In this document: piece after piece, positions 21,001 to 29,217 of the stretch
Numbering within the stretch: the first letter of the stretch is position 1
Layout: each line of letters opens with the position of its first letter
Origin: a candidate division FCPU426 bacterium
GTDB taxonomy: Bacteria > Oederibacteriota > PGYV01 > Palsa-1178
Assembly (NCBI GenBank): GCA_963840035.1
Contig: CAWIXE010000003.1
Span: forward strand, 192,001-256,000
DNA: 64,000 nucleotides
Reading direction: 5' to 3'
Program-made: the position numbers and the translations under genes
Notes under the pieces: generated by a model
Seen by the model: only the letters and a program-made list of their open reading frames with translations
Database searches by the model: none
What the model was told of the DNA's origin: nothing

Positions 21001-23186
21001 TGTCATTTATAGACGGAGCAAATTCAAATAAAGCAACAGTCATGAAGTACGTAAGCGGAACATGGGTAACCGTAGGGGCCGCGGGATTCTCCGAAGGCGC
21101 CGCAAGCTATCCATCCATTGTTGTTTACGGAGGCGTTCCTTATGTGGCATATTGCACCAAGGATGCCGGAACGTATAAGGATAAATCGGTCGTAGTAAGG
21201 TATAACTCATCGACAAACAGCTGGGATGTGGTTGGAAGCACACCGTTCTACTATGAAACCGCGACATACATAACATTGCAGATATCCAATGATGTGCCTT
21301 ATGTGGCGTATCAAAACTGGGATGAAAATTATAATTCAGTAATGAAGTATGATTGTGAAGGAACGACAGGAACAGCCACAGCAACAGCCACGGAAACTCC
21401 GACCGGCAGCGTAACGGCCACGGAAACTCCGACAGGCAGCGTAACGGCCACGGAAACTCCGACCGGTAGCGTAACGGCCACGGAAACTCCGACCGGCAGC
21501 GTAACAGCCACGGAAACTCCGACAGGCAGCGTAACAGCCACGGAAACTCCGACAGGCAGCGTAACAGCCACGGAAACTCCGACAGGCAGCGTAACAGCCA
21601 CGGAAACTCCGACAGGCAGCGTAACAGCCACGGAAACTCCGACAGGCAGCGTAACAGCCACGGAAACTCCGACAGGCAGCGTAACAGCCACGGAAACTCC
21701 GACAGGCAGCGTAACAGCCACAACGACGCCGACGCCGGATTGCACAAAGGCCTGGCAATATGTCGGCCCTGCGGATTTAATCGACGGGGAGTTCAGCAAT
21801 TACTCAGGCAAATCAATGTATGTGTATAACGGCACACCGTATGTGGTCTATGAGAATGCATTATCAAGCCCGCGCACGCTGACAGTAAAGAAATTTGACG
21901 GGATAAACTGGATACTGGTGGGGCCGGCTGAATTCACTTCGCCTGCCGAGCCCAACGCCGGGTTCCCAGTAATATTCGTGGATAACGGCACGCCGTACGT
22001 GGCATATGCCGGCGACGTCAGTGAGCCGGTGGTAATGAAATATAACAGCGCAACTTTAAGCTGGGATACTATAGGAACAATAATACCTACGGCCTGGGCG
22101 GTGCAAAATCCGTCGTTGTATGTTTATAACGGGATTCCATACCTTGCGTTCCAGGACGGGAAAAACGGATATAAGGCAACAGTAATCACATATAACGGCA
22201 GCGGCTGGGTGCTGGCCGGAGGAACACCTGCTTCTACCACAACGACGGGGATACATGTCCATGAGCCATACCCGATGTATTTTGAGGGCACCACATGGCT
22301 GTATGTAAACGGAGGAACGCCGTACGTGGCATTTGAGGACGGCGCGAACGCAGGCAGGGTTACGGTTAAGATGTTAAGCGGAGGCAGCTGGGTAAACGTC
22401 GGGCTGCCAGGATTTTCCGCAGGCGCGGCTACATGGGTTTCGCTGTCGTTTGACGGAGGAACGCCGTATGTGTCGTTTATGGATGGGACAAATTCAAATA
22501 AAGTTACAGTCATGAAGTATACAAGCTCTGGATGGATAACCGTAGGGACCGCGGGATTCTCTGAAACGGCAGTAAGTTACCCTTCAATATCCGTTTACGG
22601 CGGAGTGCCGTATGTGGCGTATTTCAACAGGGACGCCGTCACGAACACGGAAGAATCGGTAGTCATGAAATATAACGCGGCCACCAACAGCTGGGACATG
22701 GTGGGCAGCACGCCGTTTTTCGGGTTAACAGACGCGTACATATCACTGCAGGTATCCAATGACGTGCCTTATGTGGCATTCCAGAACTGGGAAGAAAACT
22801 ACAACTCGGTGATGAAGTATGATTGCGTAACCTCAACGGCCGGAACCGTAAGCGCGCTTGCCATATCCAAAGAAATGCCGGCCCGTGACGCTTTTAAGAC
22901 GCTGGAGGAAAAAGAAGTATACTCCTACCCGAATCCGAGCACTGGTATTTCGAACATAAGGTTCCCGCTTTCCGGGGCAATGGAAGTAAGCATAAACATA
23001 ACGGACATAAACGACAAACCGGTATGGTCGCGTACTTTAAGCGTGATGGAAACAAGGGCCGGGATAAACACACTGGTCTGGAACGGCTTAAATGCCAGAG
23101 GGTTGTCCGTGTCCAGCGGCGTATATTTAGTTGTGATACAGGCCGGAAATACAAAAGTAACGAAGAAAATAGCGATAGTCAGATAG
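18045..23186 (+). CDS. Large secreted multidomain protein: 2 Ig-like modules, 3 predicted beta-propeller modules, Thr-rich linkers, C-terminal FlgD-Ig/T9SS-CTD-like domain
   Basis: Signal peptide; repeated GTPYVA[YF] and W..VG.AGF motifs; (TETPTGSVTA)x11; YSYPNPS...W.G.N..G..VSSGVY...KKIAIVR tail. Confidence 0.8.
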   Translation: MRNTFFSFLFVILSGFFSLVYASSEVRNLSVTGGCYSPGQIITVSFEVRSNGAYQNIYGDILFSGNNTAEYNDDCVWSDTGANNPPNASGHNGGFFVSQGAVASQWIAKSYQVTVPAGYTGAKYIIVNVADNYLQLFNWGSHIEASANLSVTSCAVTATPTGTATGTVTVSPTVSPTADCGWKYVGPADLIYGEFSNYSGKSMYVYNGTPYVVYENVLSSPRTLTVKKFDGTNWILVGPAEFASPAEPNAGFPVIFVDNGTPYVAYAGDVSEPVVMKYNSATLSWDTIGTIIPTAWAVQNPSLYVYNGIPYLAFQDGKNGYKATVITYNGSSWVLAGGTPASSTTTGIHVHETYPMYFEGTTWLYVNGGTPYVAFEDGANAGRVTVKMLSGGSWVTVGAAGFSTGAATWVSMSFDGGTPYVSFIDGANSNKVTVMKYTSSGWVTVGTAGFSESAVSYPSISAYGGVPYVAYFTRDAVTNAEKSVVMKYNAVTNSWDMVGSAPFFGLTDAYISLQVSNDVPYVAFQNWETNYNSVMKYDCSGTATPTATVTGTTTVTVTVTATPTETATTTGRIRNISISGGCYTPGQTITVSFEVRSGTAYQNIYGDILFSNNNTAEYTDDCVWSASGENNPPDTDGHDGGFLVSQGAVANQWIAVSKQITVPAGYAGSKYLIIDIADNYLQLYNWGSHIEASSAIFVDMCPVITPSVTITGTETVTGTETATGTETATGTPTGSVTVTMTPTPDCTKTWQYVGPAKLIDAGYSNFSGKSMYVYNGTPYVVYQDTATNKLTVTKFDGSNWVPVGPAGFASPAEPNAGFPVIFVDNGTPYVAYAGGVSKGTVMKYNSATDTWDTVGAAGFTSGAIQNPSLFVSGGTPYLAYQDASNGFKATVMMFNGSNWVMVGSPASSAATGIHVHEPYPMYFESASWLYVNGGTPYVAFEDGASAGRVTVKMFNGSSWVNVGPAGFSAGAATWVSLSFDGGTPYVSFIDGANSNKATVMKYVSGTWVTVGAAGFSEGAASYPSIVVYGGVPYVAYCTKDAGTYKDKSVVVRYNSSTNSWDVVGSTPFYYETATYITLQISNDVPYVAYQNWDENYNSVMKYDCEGTTGTATATATETPTGSVTATETPTGSVTATETPTGSVTATETPTGSVTATETPTGSVTATETPTGSVTATETPTGSVTATETPTGSVTATETPTGSVTATETPTGSVTATETPTGSVTATTTPTPDCTKAWQYVGPADLIDGEFSNYSGKSMYVYNGTPYVVYENALSSPRTLTVKKFDGINWILVGPAEFTSPAEPNAGFPVIFVDNGTPYVAYAGDVSEPVVMKYNSATLSWDTIGTIIPTAWAVQNPSLYVYNGIPYLAFQDGKNGYKATVITYNGSGWVLAGGTPASTTTTGIHVHEPYPMYFEGTTWLYVNGGTPYVAFEDGANAGRVTVKMLSGGSWVNVGLPGFSAGAATWVSLSFDGGTPYVSFMDGTNSNKVTVMKYTSSGWITVGTAGFSETAVSYPSISVYGGVPYVAYFNRDAVTNTEESVVMKYNAATNSWDMVGSTPFFGLTDAYISLQVSNDVPYVAFQNWEENYNSVMKYDCVTSTAGTVSALAISKEMPARDAFKTLEEKEVYSYPNPSTGISNIRFPLSGAMEVSINITDINDKPVWSRTLSVMETRAGINTLVWNGLNARGLSVSSGVYLVVIQAGNTKVTKKIAIVR
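21391..21720 (+). repeat. Coding 30-bp tandem repeat, 11 copies
   Basis: cggaaactccgac(a/c)ggcagcgtaac(a/g)gcca repeated in frame. Confidence 0.95.
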
Positions 23187-23196
23187 AAAGAGCACT

Positions 23197-23236
23197 ACAC
23201 AAAAAGGCCGGGCTTTAAGCCCGGCCTTTTTTGTGT
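23197..23236. terminator. Rho-independent terminator, potentially bidirectional
   Basis: acacaaaaaggccgggct tta agcccggcctttttgtgt-type hairpin. Confidence 0.85.
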
Positions 23237-23249
23237 TTTATGAGAGTTG

Positions 23250-23263
23250 TGCATAATTATGCC
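23250..23263. promoter_or_regulatory. Putative ArgR (ARG) box
   Basis: TGCATAATTATGCC, a near-perfect palindrome resembling the Bacillus-type TGCATAwwTATGCA box; it would sit next to the argB promoter if the IS were removed. Confidence 0.55.
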
Positions 23264-23274
23264 TAAGGTAATCC

Positions 23275-24485
23275 TAAAAAGTGTAAGATGAAATGCACCA
23301 TCTGAGTAAATAAGAAGTCCCACCAAGCACTTGTGTTATTATGTTGTTTGCGAAGACACCATAAAAAACACGAGGTGAATGATGGGACAAGTCAAGATTA
23401 CCACAAGGGACAGGAAAAACAAGTATTTAAGTTTAAAAGAACGGTACCAGATTGAGGCTCTGCGCGATAAGAAGTTTACTGGGCGTGAGATAGCTGAACA
23501 ACTTGGAAGAGACCCAAGCACGATAAATCGTGAGATAAAAAGAGGTTCTGTAATACAGACGGATTGGGAACTCAAAGAGAGATTGGTATATAGGGCCGAT
23601 CATGGACAGCTGGACTATGATGAAAAACAAAAGAACAAAGGACGCCCGTTAAAGATCGGGTTTGACCACGAACTAAGCAGGCATATAGAACGGAAGATAA
23701 CGCAGGATAAGTATTCGCCGGCAGCAGTAATAGGCGAAATAATGCGAACCAAGCTGGGGTTTAAGACATATCTGTGCATAAAGACAGTTTACAATTATAT
23801 ACATTCCGGTGTGTTTGCAGGTGTTGGAGAAGCAGAACTGGTATATGGAGGAAGGCGTAAAAAGAAGTATCGGAAGGTCGGAAAAGTAAATAGAAGCAGG
23901 CTTTTCAAGAGCATAGAAGAAAGACCAAAGGCGGCAAACGAAAGAACGGAGTATGGTCACTGGGAGATAGATGTTGTTAAGGGTATTAAATGGACAAGAG
24001 CATGTCTTCTGACAATCAGCGAACGTATGACAAGACAGGAAATAATAATTAAGATGAACTGTTGCAAGGTCGAAGAAGTGGACAAGGCGTTGACTGGACT
24101 CGAAAGGACTTATGGCGGTTTGTTTGCCAGGATATTCAAGACGATAACCGCAGACAACGGTTCGGAGTTTCTCGATTGGAGAACCCTTGAAGAGAGTAAA
24201 TTAAAGCCAGGGACAAAAAGGACCATGCTATATTACGCGCATCCTTTCAGTTCTTTTGAAAGAGGAACCAACGAGAATACAAACCGCATAATAAGGCGGT
24301 TCGTACCTAAAGGGACGGATATAGGGGAAGTGTCTGTAGAAACGGTAAAAAAGGCCCAAAATTGGATAAACAACTATCCCAGAGGGATATTTGGATACAA
24401 AACAGCCAACGACATGATAATTCAAAATGCTACAAGAAAAATGTGCGGGATTCAGGGAGTGGTGCATTAAAACTTGCAATTTACC
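23275..24485 (+). mobile_element. IS30-family insertion sequence with a 15-bp flanking direct repeat
   Basis: Imperfect 26-bp TIRs (..aatgcacca / tggtgcatt..); TGCCTAAGGTAATCC at 23260-23274 and 24486-24500. Confidence 0.9.
23379..24470 (+). CDS. IS30-family transposase
   Basis: HTH (STINREIKR), GHWEID, ITADNGSEF, ERGTNENTN, N.YPR. Confidence 0.95.
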   Translation: MMGQVKITTRDRKNKYLSLKERYQIEALRDKKFTGREIAEQLGRDPSTINREIKRGSVIQTDWELKERLVYRADHGQLDYDEKQKNKGRPLKIGFDHELSRHIERKITQDKYSPAAVIGEIMRTKLGFKTYLCIKTVYNYIHSGVFAGVGEAELVYGGRRKKKYRKVGKVNRSRLFKSIEERPKAANERTEYGHWEIDVVKGIKWTRACLLTISERMTRQEIIIKMNCCKVEEVDKALTGLERTYGGLFARIFKTITADNGSEFLDWRTLEESKLKPGTKRTMLYYAHPFSSFERGTNENTNRIIRRFVPKGTDIGEVSVETVKKAQNWINNYPRGIFGYKTANDMIIQNATRKMCGIQGVVH

Positions 24486-24511
24486 TGCCTAAGGTAATCC
24501 CTCTAAAATCA

Positions 24512-24541
24512 TTGAAAACCCCTGTCTTTTTATGATATAAT
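24512..24541 (+). promoter_or_regulatory. Putative sigma70 promoter of the arg operon
   Basis: TTGAAA-N18-TATAAT with TG extension. Confidence 0.6.
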
Positions 24542-24610
24542 TCAATTTCAAAACATGTTTAGTTTATTTGCTGTTATTGCGTCATAATGGCGGCATATAA
24601 AGGAGAGAAA

Positions 24611-25462
24611 ATGGAACAATTCATAGAAAAAGCGCGGACACTGGTGGAGGCACTGCCTTATATTAAAAAATTCAACGGCGCTACATTTGTCATTAAATAC
24701 GGCGGGAGCGCCATGACTGACCAGAAATATAAGGAACTTTTTATACAGGATGTGGCGTTGCTTAGCTATGTAGGGGTGAAAGTGGTGCTCGTGCACGGCG
24801 GCGGGGAAAATATAAACGAACTGTTAAAAAAACTCGGCAAGAAGCCGGTTTTTGTCGACGGCCACCGTGTGACTGACGCCGAGACCCTTGAAGTCGTCGA
24901 GATGGTTTTAGTCGGCAAGGTAAACAAGGAAATAGTGCGCAACATCAACCTCCACGGGGTAAAGGCCATCGGGATGTCGGGCAAGGACGGGAACCTGATA
25001 ATGGCAAAAAAGAAGAAATCCGCAAATGGCAAGGATATCGGCTTCGTGGGCGAAGTGACAAAGGTAAACACAAAACTGCTGCAGTCCATGGACGAGCAGG
25101 GATATATTACGGTTATCGCGCCGGTCGGCGTGGATGAAAAAGGAAACGGCTATAACATTAACGCGGACACGGTAGCCGGAGCGGTCGCGTCGGCGCTTAA
25201 GGCGGATAAGCTCATTTACTTAACTGATACTGACGGCGTAAAGATAAACGGAAAATACGCCCATTCGATAAAGGTTAAGGACATAGCCAAACACACAAAG
25301 TCAGGCCAGATATCGGGAGGCATGCTTCCCAAGACACAGTCGGCAAAAAGCGCGATTGAGGCCGGAGTAAAAAAAGTGCATATTATAAACGGCACAAAAG
25401 AACACTCGATGCTGCTGGAGATTTTTACAAACGAAGGCATCGGCACGGAGATAGTAAAGTAA
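24611..25462 (+). CDS. argB: Acetylglutamate kinase
   Basis: EALPYI, VIKYGG, VHGGG, YNINAD, GGMLPK; start chosen after AGGAG. Confidence 0.96.
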   Translation: MEQFIEKARTLVEALPYIKKFNGATFVIKYGGSAMTDQKYKELFIQDVALLSYVGVKVVLVHGGGENINELLKKLGKKPVFVDGHRVTDAETLEVVEMVLVGKVNKEIVRNINLHGVKAIGMSGKDGNLIMAKKKKSANGKDIGFVGEVTKVNTKLLQSMDEQGYITVIAPVGVDEKGNGYNINADTVAGAVASALKADKLIYLTDTDGVKINGKYAHSIKVKDIAKHTKSGQISGGMLPKTQSAKSAIEAGVKKVHIINGTKEHSMLLEIFTNEGIGTEIVK

Positions 25463-25463
25463 G

Positions 25464-25554
25464 AGGGATAGCGAGACAAGAGATTGGAGATAGGAGTAAG
25501 GATGTAACGTTTTATTGATTTACTTTTGTCTCCAGTCTCCTGTCTCTTATACTC
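25464..25554. repeat. Intergenic 7-nt-period inverted repeat (GAGA[C/T]NN family)
   Basis: gagacaa gagattg gagatag gagtaag ... tgtctcc agtctcc tgtctct; shares 21 identical bp with 58280-58300. Confidence 0.88.
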
Positions 25555-25575
25555 AATGTATTATGAGGAGCTCAC

Positions 25576-26748
25576 ATGAACACTAAGGAAGTGAAGGACA
25601 TGGACAAAGACTACATAGGCAACACCTACAAGCGCTACGACGTAGTATTTGAGAGCGGAAACGGCTCCGTTATCACGGATAAGGACGGGAAAAAGTATAT
25701 TGACCTTTTTTCAGGCGTGGCTGTTAACGCGCTGGGCTACAACAACAAGGCTATAAACGCCGCCATCATGAAGCAGGCGAAGAAATACATACATCTATCC
25801 AACCACTTTTACTCTGAGCCGCAGGCACAGCTCGCGAAAATGATAGTTGAAAATTCCTTCGGTTCAAAAGTGTTTTATGTAAACACCGGGGCTGAAGCCA
25901 ATGAAGTTGCCATGAAGATTGCCCGCAAATGGGGCATTCTGCATAAGGACCGCGCCAATAAGATAATTTCATTCTATAATTCCTTCCACGGCCGCACAGT
26001 GGCTGCATTAACCGCCACGGCGCAGGAAAAGTTCCATAAATATTTAAACCCGGTAATGCCGTGCCATGTTTACGCGAAGTTCAATGATTTAAATGACGTG
26101 AAGTCAAAAATAGACAACCAGACCTGCGCCATACTTGTGGAGCCTGTCCAGGCGGAAGGCGGAATATTTACCCCTGAACCCGGTTTTTTAAAGGGGCTGC
26201 GGGACCTTTGCGAAAAGAATAATATCCTGTTAATATACGACGAGGTCCAGTCAGGCATGGGGCGCCTCGGAAAGATGTTCGGTTATGAGGTTTACGGGGC
26301 AAAGCCTGATATCATGACCCTTGCGAAGTCGCTTGGTGGCGGACTGCCGCTCGCGGCCGTAGTGCTCGATAAAAAGGTTGAACATGTCTATACTTACGGT
26401 GACCACGGTACGACCATGGGCGGGAACCCGGTGGCGTGCGCCGCTGGTAAAGTGGTTTTTAATACCGTCAATAAACCCGCTTTTTTAAAGTCAGTCAGAC
26501 AAAAAGGCAGCTTCATAATATCGCAGGTAAAAAAATGGAATAACCCGAAGATAACCGAAATACGCGGAACAGGGCTTTTAATAGGGCTGCAGTTAAAAGA
26601 AGGCGCTTCTGACGCTGTGGCGCGCGCTTTAAAGGCCGGCCTCATCATTAACGCCACAGGACATGAGACGGTGCGCGTGGAACCGCCTTTAAACATACCC
26701 ATGCCGGTATTAAAAAAAGGGCTGGAGATTTTGAAGAAAGTAATTTAA
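25576..26748 (+). CDS. argD: Acetylornithine aminotransferase
   Basis: GAEANE, SFHGRT, EPVQAEGG, DEVQSGMGR, TLAKSLGGG, HGTT.GGNP. Confidence 0.94.
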   Translation: MNTKEVKDMDKDYIGNTYKRYDVVFESGNGSVITDKDGKKYIDLFSGVAVNALGYNNKAINAAIMKQAKKYIHLSNHFYSEPQAQLAKMIVENSFGSKVFYVNTGAEANEVAMKIARKWGILHKDRANKIISFYNSFHGRTVAALTATAQEKFHKYLNPVMPCHVYAKFNDLNDVKSKIDNQTCAILVEPVQAEGGIFTPEPGFLKGLRDLCEKNNILLIYDEVQSGMGRLGKMFGYEVYGAKPDIMTLAKSLGGGLPLAAVVLDKKVEHVYTYGDHGTTMGGNPVACAAGKVVFNTVNKPAFLKSVRQKGSFIISQVKKWNNPKITEIRGTGLLIGLQLKEGASDAVARALKAGLIINATGHETVRVEPPLNIPMPVLKKGLEILKKVI

Positions 26749-26785
26749 ATTACCAATTACTAATTACTAATTACTAATGACCAAT
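26748..26785. repeat. Intergenic heptamer tandem repeat (AATTAC[T/C] x5), single arm
   Basis: aattacc aattact aattact aattact aatgacc between the argD stop and the argF RBS. Confidence 0.9.
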
Positions 26786-26798
26786 AAAGGAGCAAAAA

Positions 26799-27740
26799 AT
26801 GGCTATTACACGTTTGTCAAAGAAGGACTTAATTTCCATACTGGATCTCAGTAAGGAAGAACTTGAGCTTATATTAAATGTTGCGGAAGTGCTGCGCGAA
26901 AAGTGGCGGGCAAAGGAAATGTTCATGCCTCTGCTTGGCAAGGCGCTTGGCATGATATTTACCAAGTCGTCCACAAGGACGCGCGTTTCATTTGAAATGG
27001 GAATGTTCCACCTGGGAGGAGCCGCCATATTTTTAAGCCCTTCTGAGACCCAGCTTGGCCGCGGCGAATCCATAGCCGACACGGCGCGCGTGCTCTCGCG
27101 CTATGTGGACGGGCTTATGATCAGGACTTACGCGCATAAGGATGTAGTCGAGCTTGCAGAGAACGCGACAGTACCGGTCATAAACGGCCTGACTGATGAC
27201 GAGCATCCGTGCCAGATTATCGCGGACATCCTTACCATAAAGGATAAGAAGAAAGTGCTGAAAGGCCTGAAAGTCGCGTACATAGGCGATGGAAACAACG
27301 TATGCAACTCGTGGCTTTACGCGGCGCCTAAAGCTGACTTAAACATAACCGTGGCCAGCCCCAAAGGATACATGCCGGCAGAGAAAGTTGTGGCAAAGGC
27401 AAAGGAACTCGCGGCCCAGTCAAAGACGCAGGTAATAATTACCGAGTCGCCTGATGAGGCGGTAAAGGACGCGGATGTTATATATACCGATGTGTGGACA
27501 AGCATGGGACAGGAAGCGGAAAGCATAAAAAGGAAAAAGGATTTCGCGGCTTACCAGATAAATGCCGCGCTCGTAAAAAAAGCGAAAAAAGACTGCCTCG
27601 TGATGCACTGCCTTCCGGCGCACAGAGGCGAGGAAATAACCGACGAAGTAATGGACGGCCCGAACTCCGTGGTTTTTGACGAGGCGGAAAACAGGATGCA
27701 CGCGCAGAAGGCGATACTTGCGCTGTTGATGGCGAATTAA
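26799..27740 (+). CDS. argF: Ornithine carbamoyltransferase
   Basis: STRTRVSF, HPCQ, DVWTSMG, MHCLPAHRGEE. Confidence 0.97.
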   Translation: MAITRLSKKDLISILDLSKEELELILNVAEVLREKWRAKEMFMPLLGKALGMIFTKSSTRTRVSFEMGMFHLGGAAIFLSPSETQLGRGESIADTARVLSRYVDGLMIRTYAHKDVVELAENATVPVINGLTDDEHPCQIIADILTIKDKKKVLKGLKVAYIGDGNNVCNSWLYAAPKADLNITVASPKGYMPAEKVVAKAKELAAQSKTQVIITESPDEAVKDADVIYTDVWTSMGQEAESIKRKKDFAAYQINAALVKKAKKDCLVMHCLPAHRGEEITDEVMDGPNSVVFDEAENRMHAQKAILALLMAN

Positions 27741-27859
27741 AGGCGGTCTCAGGTAAGGCGGTCTCTGATAAGACGGTTCATCTGAGACGGTTCACTTGAG
27801 ACGGTTCATCTGAGACGGTTCACCTGAGACGCCTCACCTGAGACGTACCTATTGAGACT
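27741..27859. repeat. Intergenic 14-nt-period repeat (AGACGGTTCAYCTG x6) with a short inverted arm
   Basis: Six units at 27771-27854; inverted aggcggtctc x2 at 27741-27765. Confidence 0.9.
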
Positions 27860-27885
27860 AAACACTGACATAAAGGAGAAACATA

Positions 27886-29106
27886 ATGAAAAAATCAGCA
27901 AAGAAGGTAGTTTTAGCGTACTCAGGCGGCCTGGATACTTCCATCATCATACCGTGGCTTAAGGAAAACTATGGATGCGAAGTCATAGCCTGCGTGGTTG
28001 ATGTCGGGCAGGTTGAGGATTTTGAAAAGGTGCGCAAAAAAGCCATTGCCACAGGCGCTTCCAAGGTTTATGTCATGGATGTTAAAGAGGAGTTTGTAAA
28101 GGATTACATATTCCCGATGCTGAAGGCCGGTTCCCTTTATGAGGGAAAGTACTTCCTCGGAACTTCAATCGCGCGCCCGCTGATTGCCAAGGCGCAGGTT
28201 GATATAGCCATTAAAGAAGGCGCTGACGCGGTATGCCACGGAGCCACGGGAAAGGGAAATGACCAGGTACGTTTTGAACTGACTTTTAAAGCATTAGCCC
28301 CGCACTTAAAGATTATCGCGCCGTGGAGGGAGTGGGACATTAAGTCGCGCTCGCAGGCCATTGATTACGCCACGGCCCGCAACATCCCCATAGTCGCCAC
28401 TAAGAAAAAACCATATTCGGAAGACGATAACCTCTGGCACATATCGCACGAGGGCGGCATCCTTGAAGACCCGGGAGCGGAACCGCCGGATAATATTTTA
28501 AGCAAAATCAACACCCTTGAAAAGGCGCCAAATAAGGCCGAGTATGTTTCCATAGATTTTGTAAAAGGCATACCTGTCGCGGTTAACGGAAAGAAACTTT
28601 CGCCGCTCGCGCTGGTAAACAAGCTTAACGCCATCGGCGGCAAGCACGGCATAGGTTTTGTGGACATGGTGGAGAACAGGCTCGTGGGGATAAAGTCGCG
28701 CGGCACATATGAGACGCCGGGAGGCACCATACTTTACACCGCGCACAGGGAACTTGAGGAGATAACCACGGACAAGGACACGTTCCACTACAAGCAGATG
28801 ATCGCCATTAAATTCGGCGAGATGATCTATACGGGCATGTGGTTCGCGCCGCTGCGCGAGGCACTGACCGCTTTTATCGACAAGACGCAGGAAACGGTAA
28901 CGGGAAATGTAAAACTGAAGCTTTACAAAGGCAACATCCGCGTGGCGGCAAAGACCTCGCCGTACTCGATGTACAGCGAGGCCATGGCCACGTTTGAGGA
29001 AGAGGAAGTTTACAACCAGAAGGACGCGGAAGGGTTTATCAACCTTTACGGGCTTCAGCTTAAGATATTCAACCAGATACAGAAAAAGAAGAAGGGTAAA
29101 GGTTAA
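27886..29106 (+). CDS. argG: Argininosuccinate synthase
   Basis: [33 protein letters not shown]. Confidence 0.97.
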   Translation: MKKSAKKVVLAYSGGLDTSIIIPWLKENYGCEVIACVVDVGQVEDFEKVRKKAIATGASKVYVMDVKEEFVKDYIFPMLKAGSLYEGKYFLGTSIARPLIAKAQVDIAIKEGADAVCHGATGKGNDQVRFELTFKALAPHLKIIAPWREWDIKSRSQAIDYATARNIPIVATKKKPYSEDDNLWHISHEGGILEDPGAEPPDNILSKINTLEKAPNKAEYVSIDFVKGIPVAVNGKKLSPLALVNKLNAIGGKHGIGFVDMVENRLVGIKSRGTYETPGGTILYTAHRELEEITTDKDTFHYKQMIAIKFGEMIYTGMWFAPLREALTAFIDKTQETVTGNVKLKLYKGNIRVAAKTSPYSMYSEAMATFEEEEVYNQKDAEGFINLYGLQLKIFNQIQKKKKGKG

Positions 29107-29109
29107 TCT

Positions 29110-29201
29110 TTAACCCTTATCCTCATCCTTATCCTTAGCCTGTAGAATTTTTTTAAAGCAGAGGCCAAGAGCTAAGGAAAAGTATTAAGGATAAGGATAA
29201 G
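29110..29201. repeat. Intergenic 6-nt-period inverted repeat (TTATCC family)
   Basis: ttaacccttatcctcatccttatccttagc ... gctaagg...ggataaggataag; 22 bp identical to 61361-61382. Confidence 0.88.
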
Positions 29202-29217
29202 AAAAACGAGGTGCCGT

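Noticed and set aside
21391..21720. 30-bp repeat as a CRISPR or ncRNA array
   Set aside because: No spacers; it is an in-frame coding repeat inside a long ORF.
18580..22830. Near-identical modules as DGR template/variable repeats
   Set aside because: All copies are in frame in one gene, the differences I inspected are not adenine-specific, and no reverse transcriptase is present.
27771..27854. Possible CRISPR array
   Set aside because: The 14-nt units are contiguous with no unique spacers, and there are no cas genes in the window.
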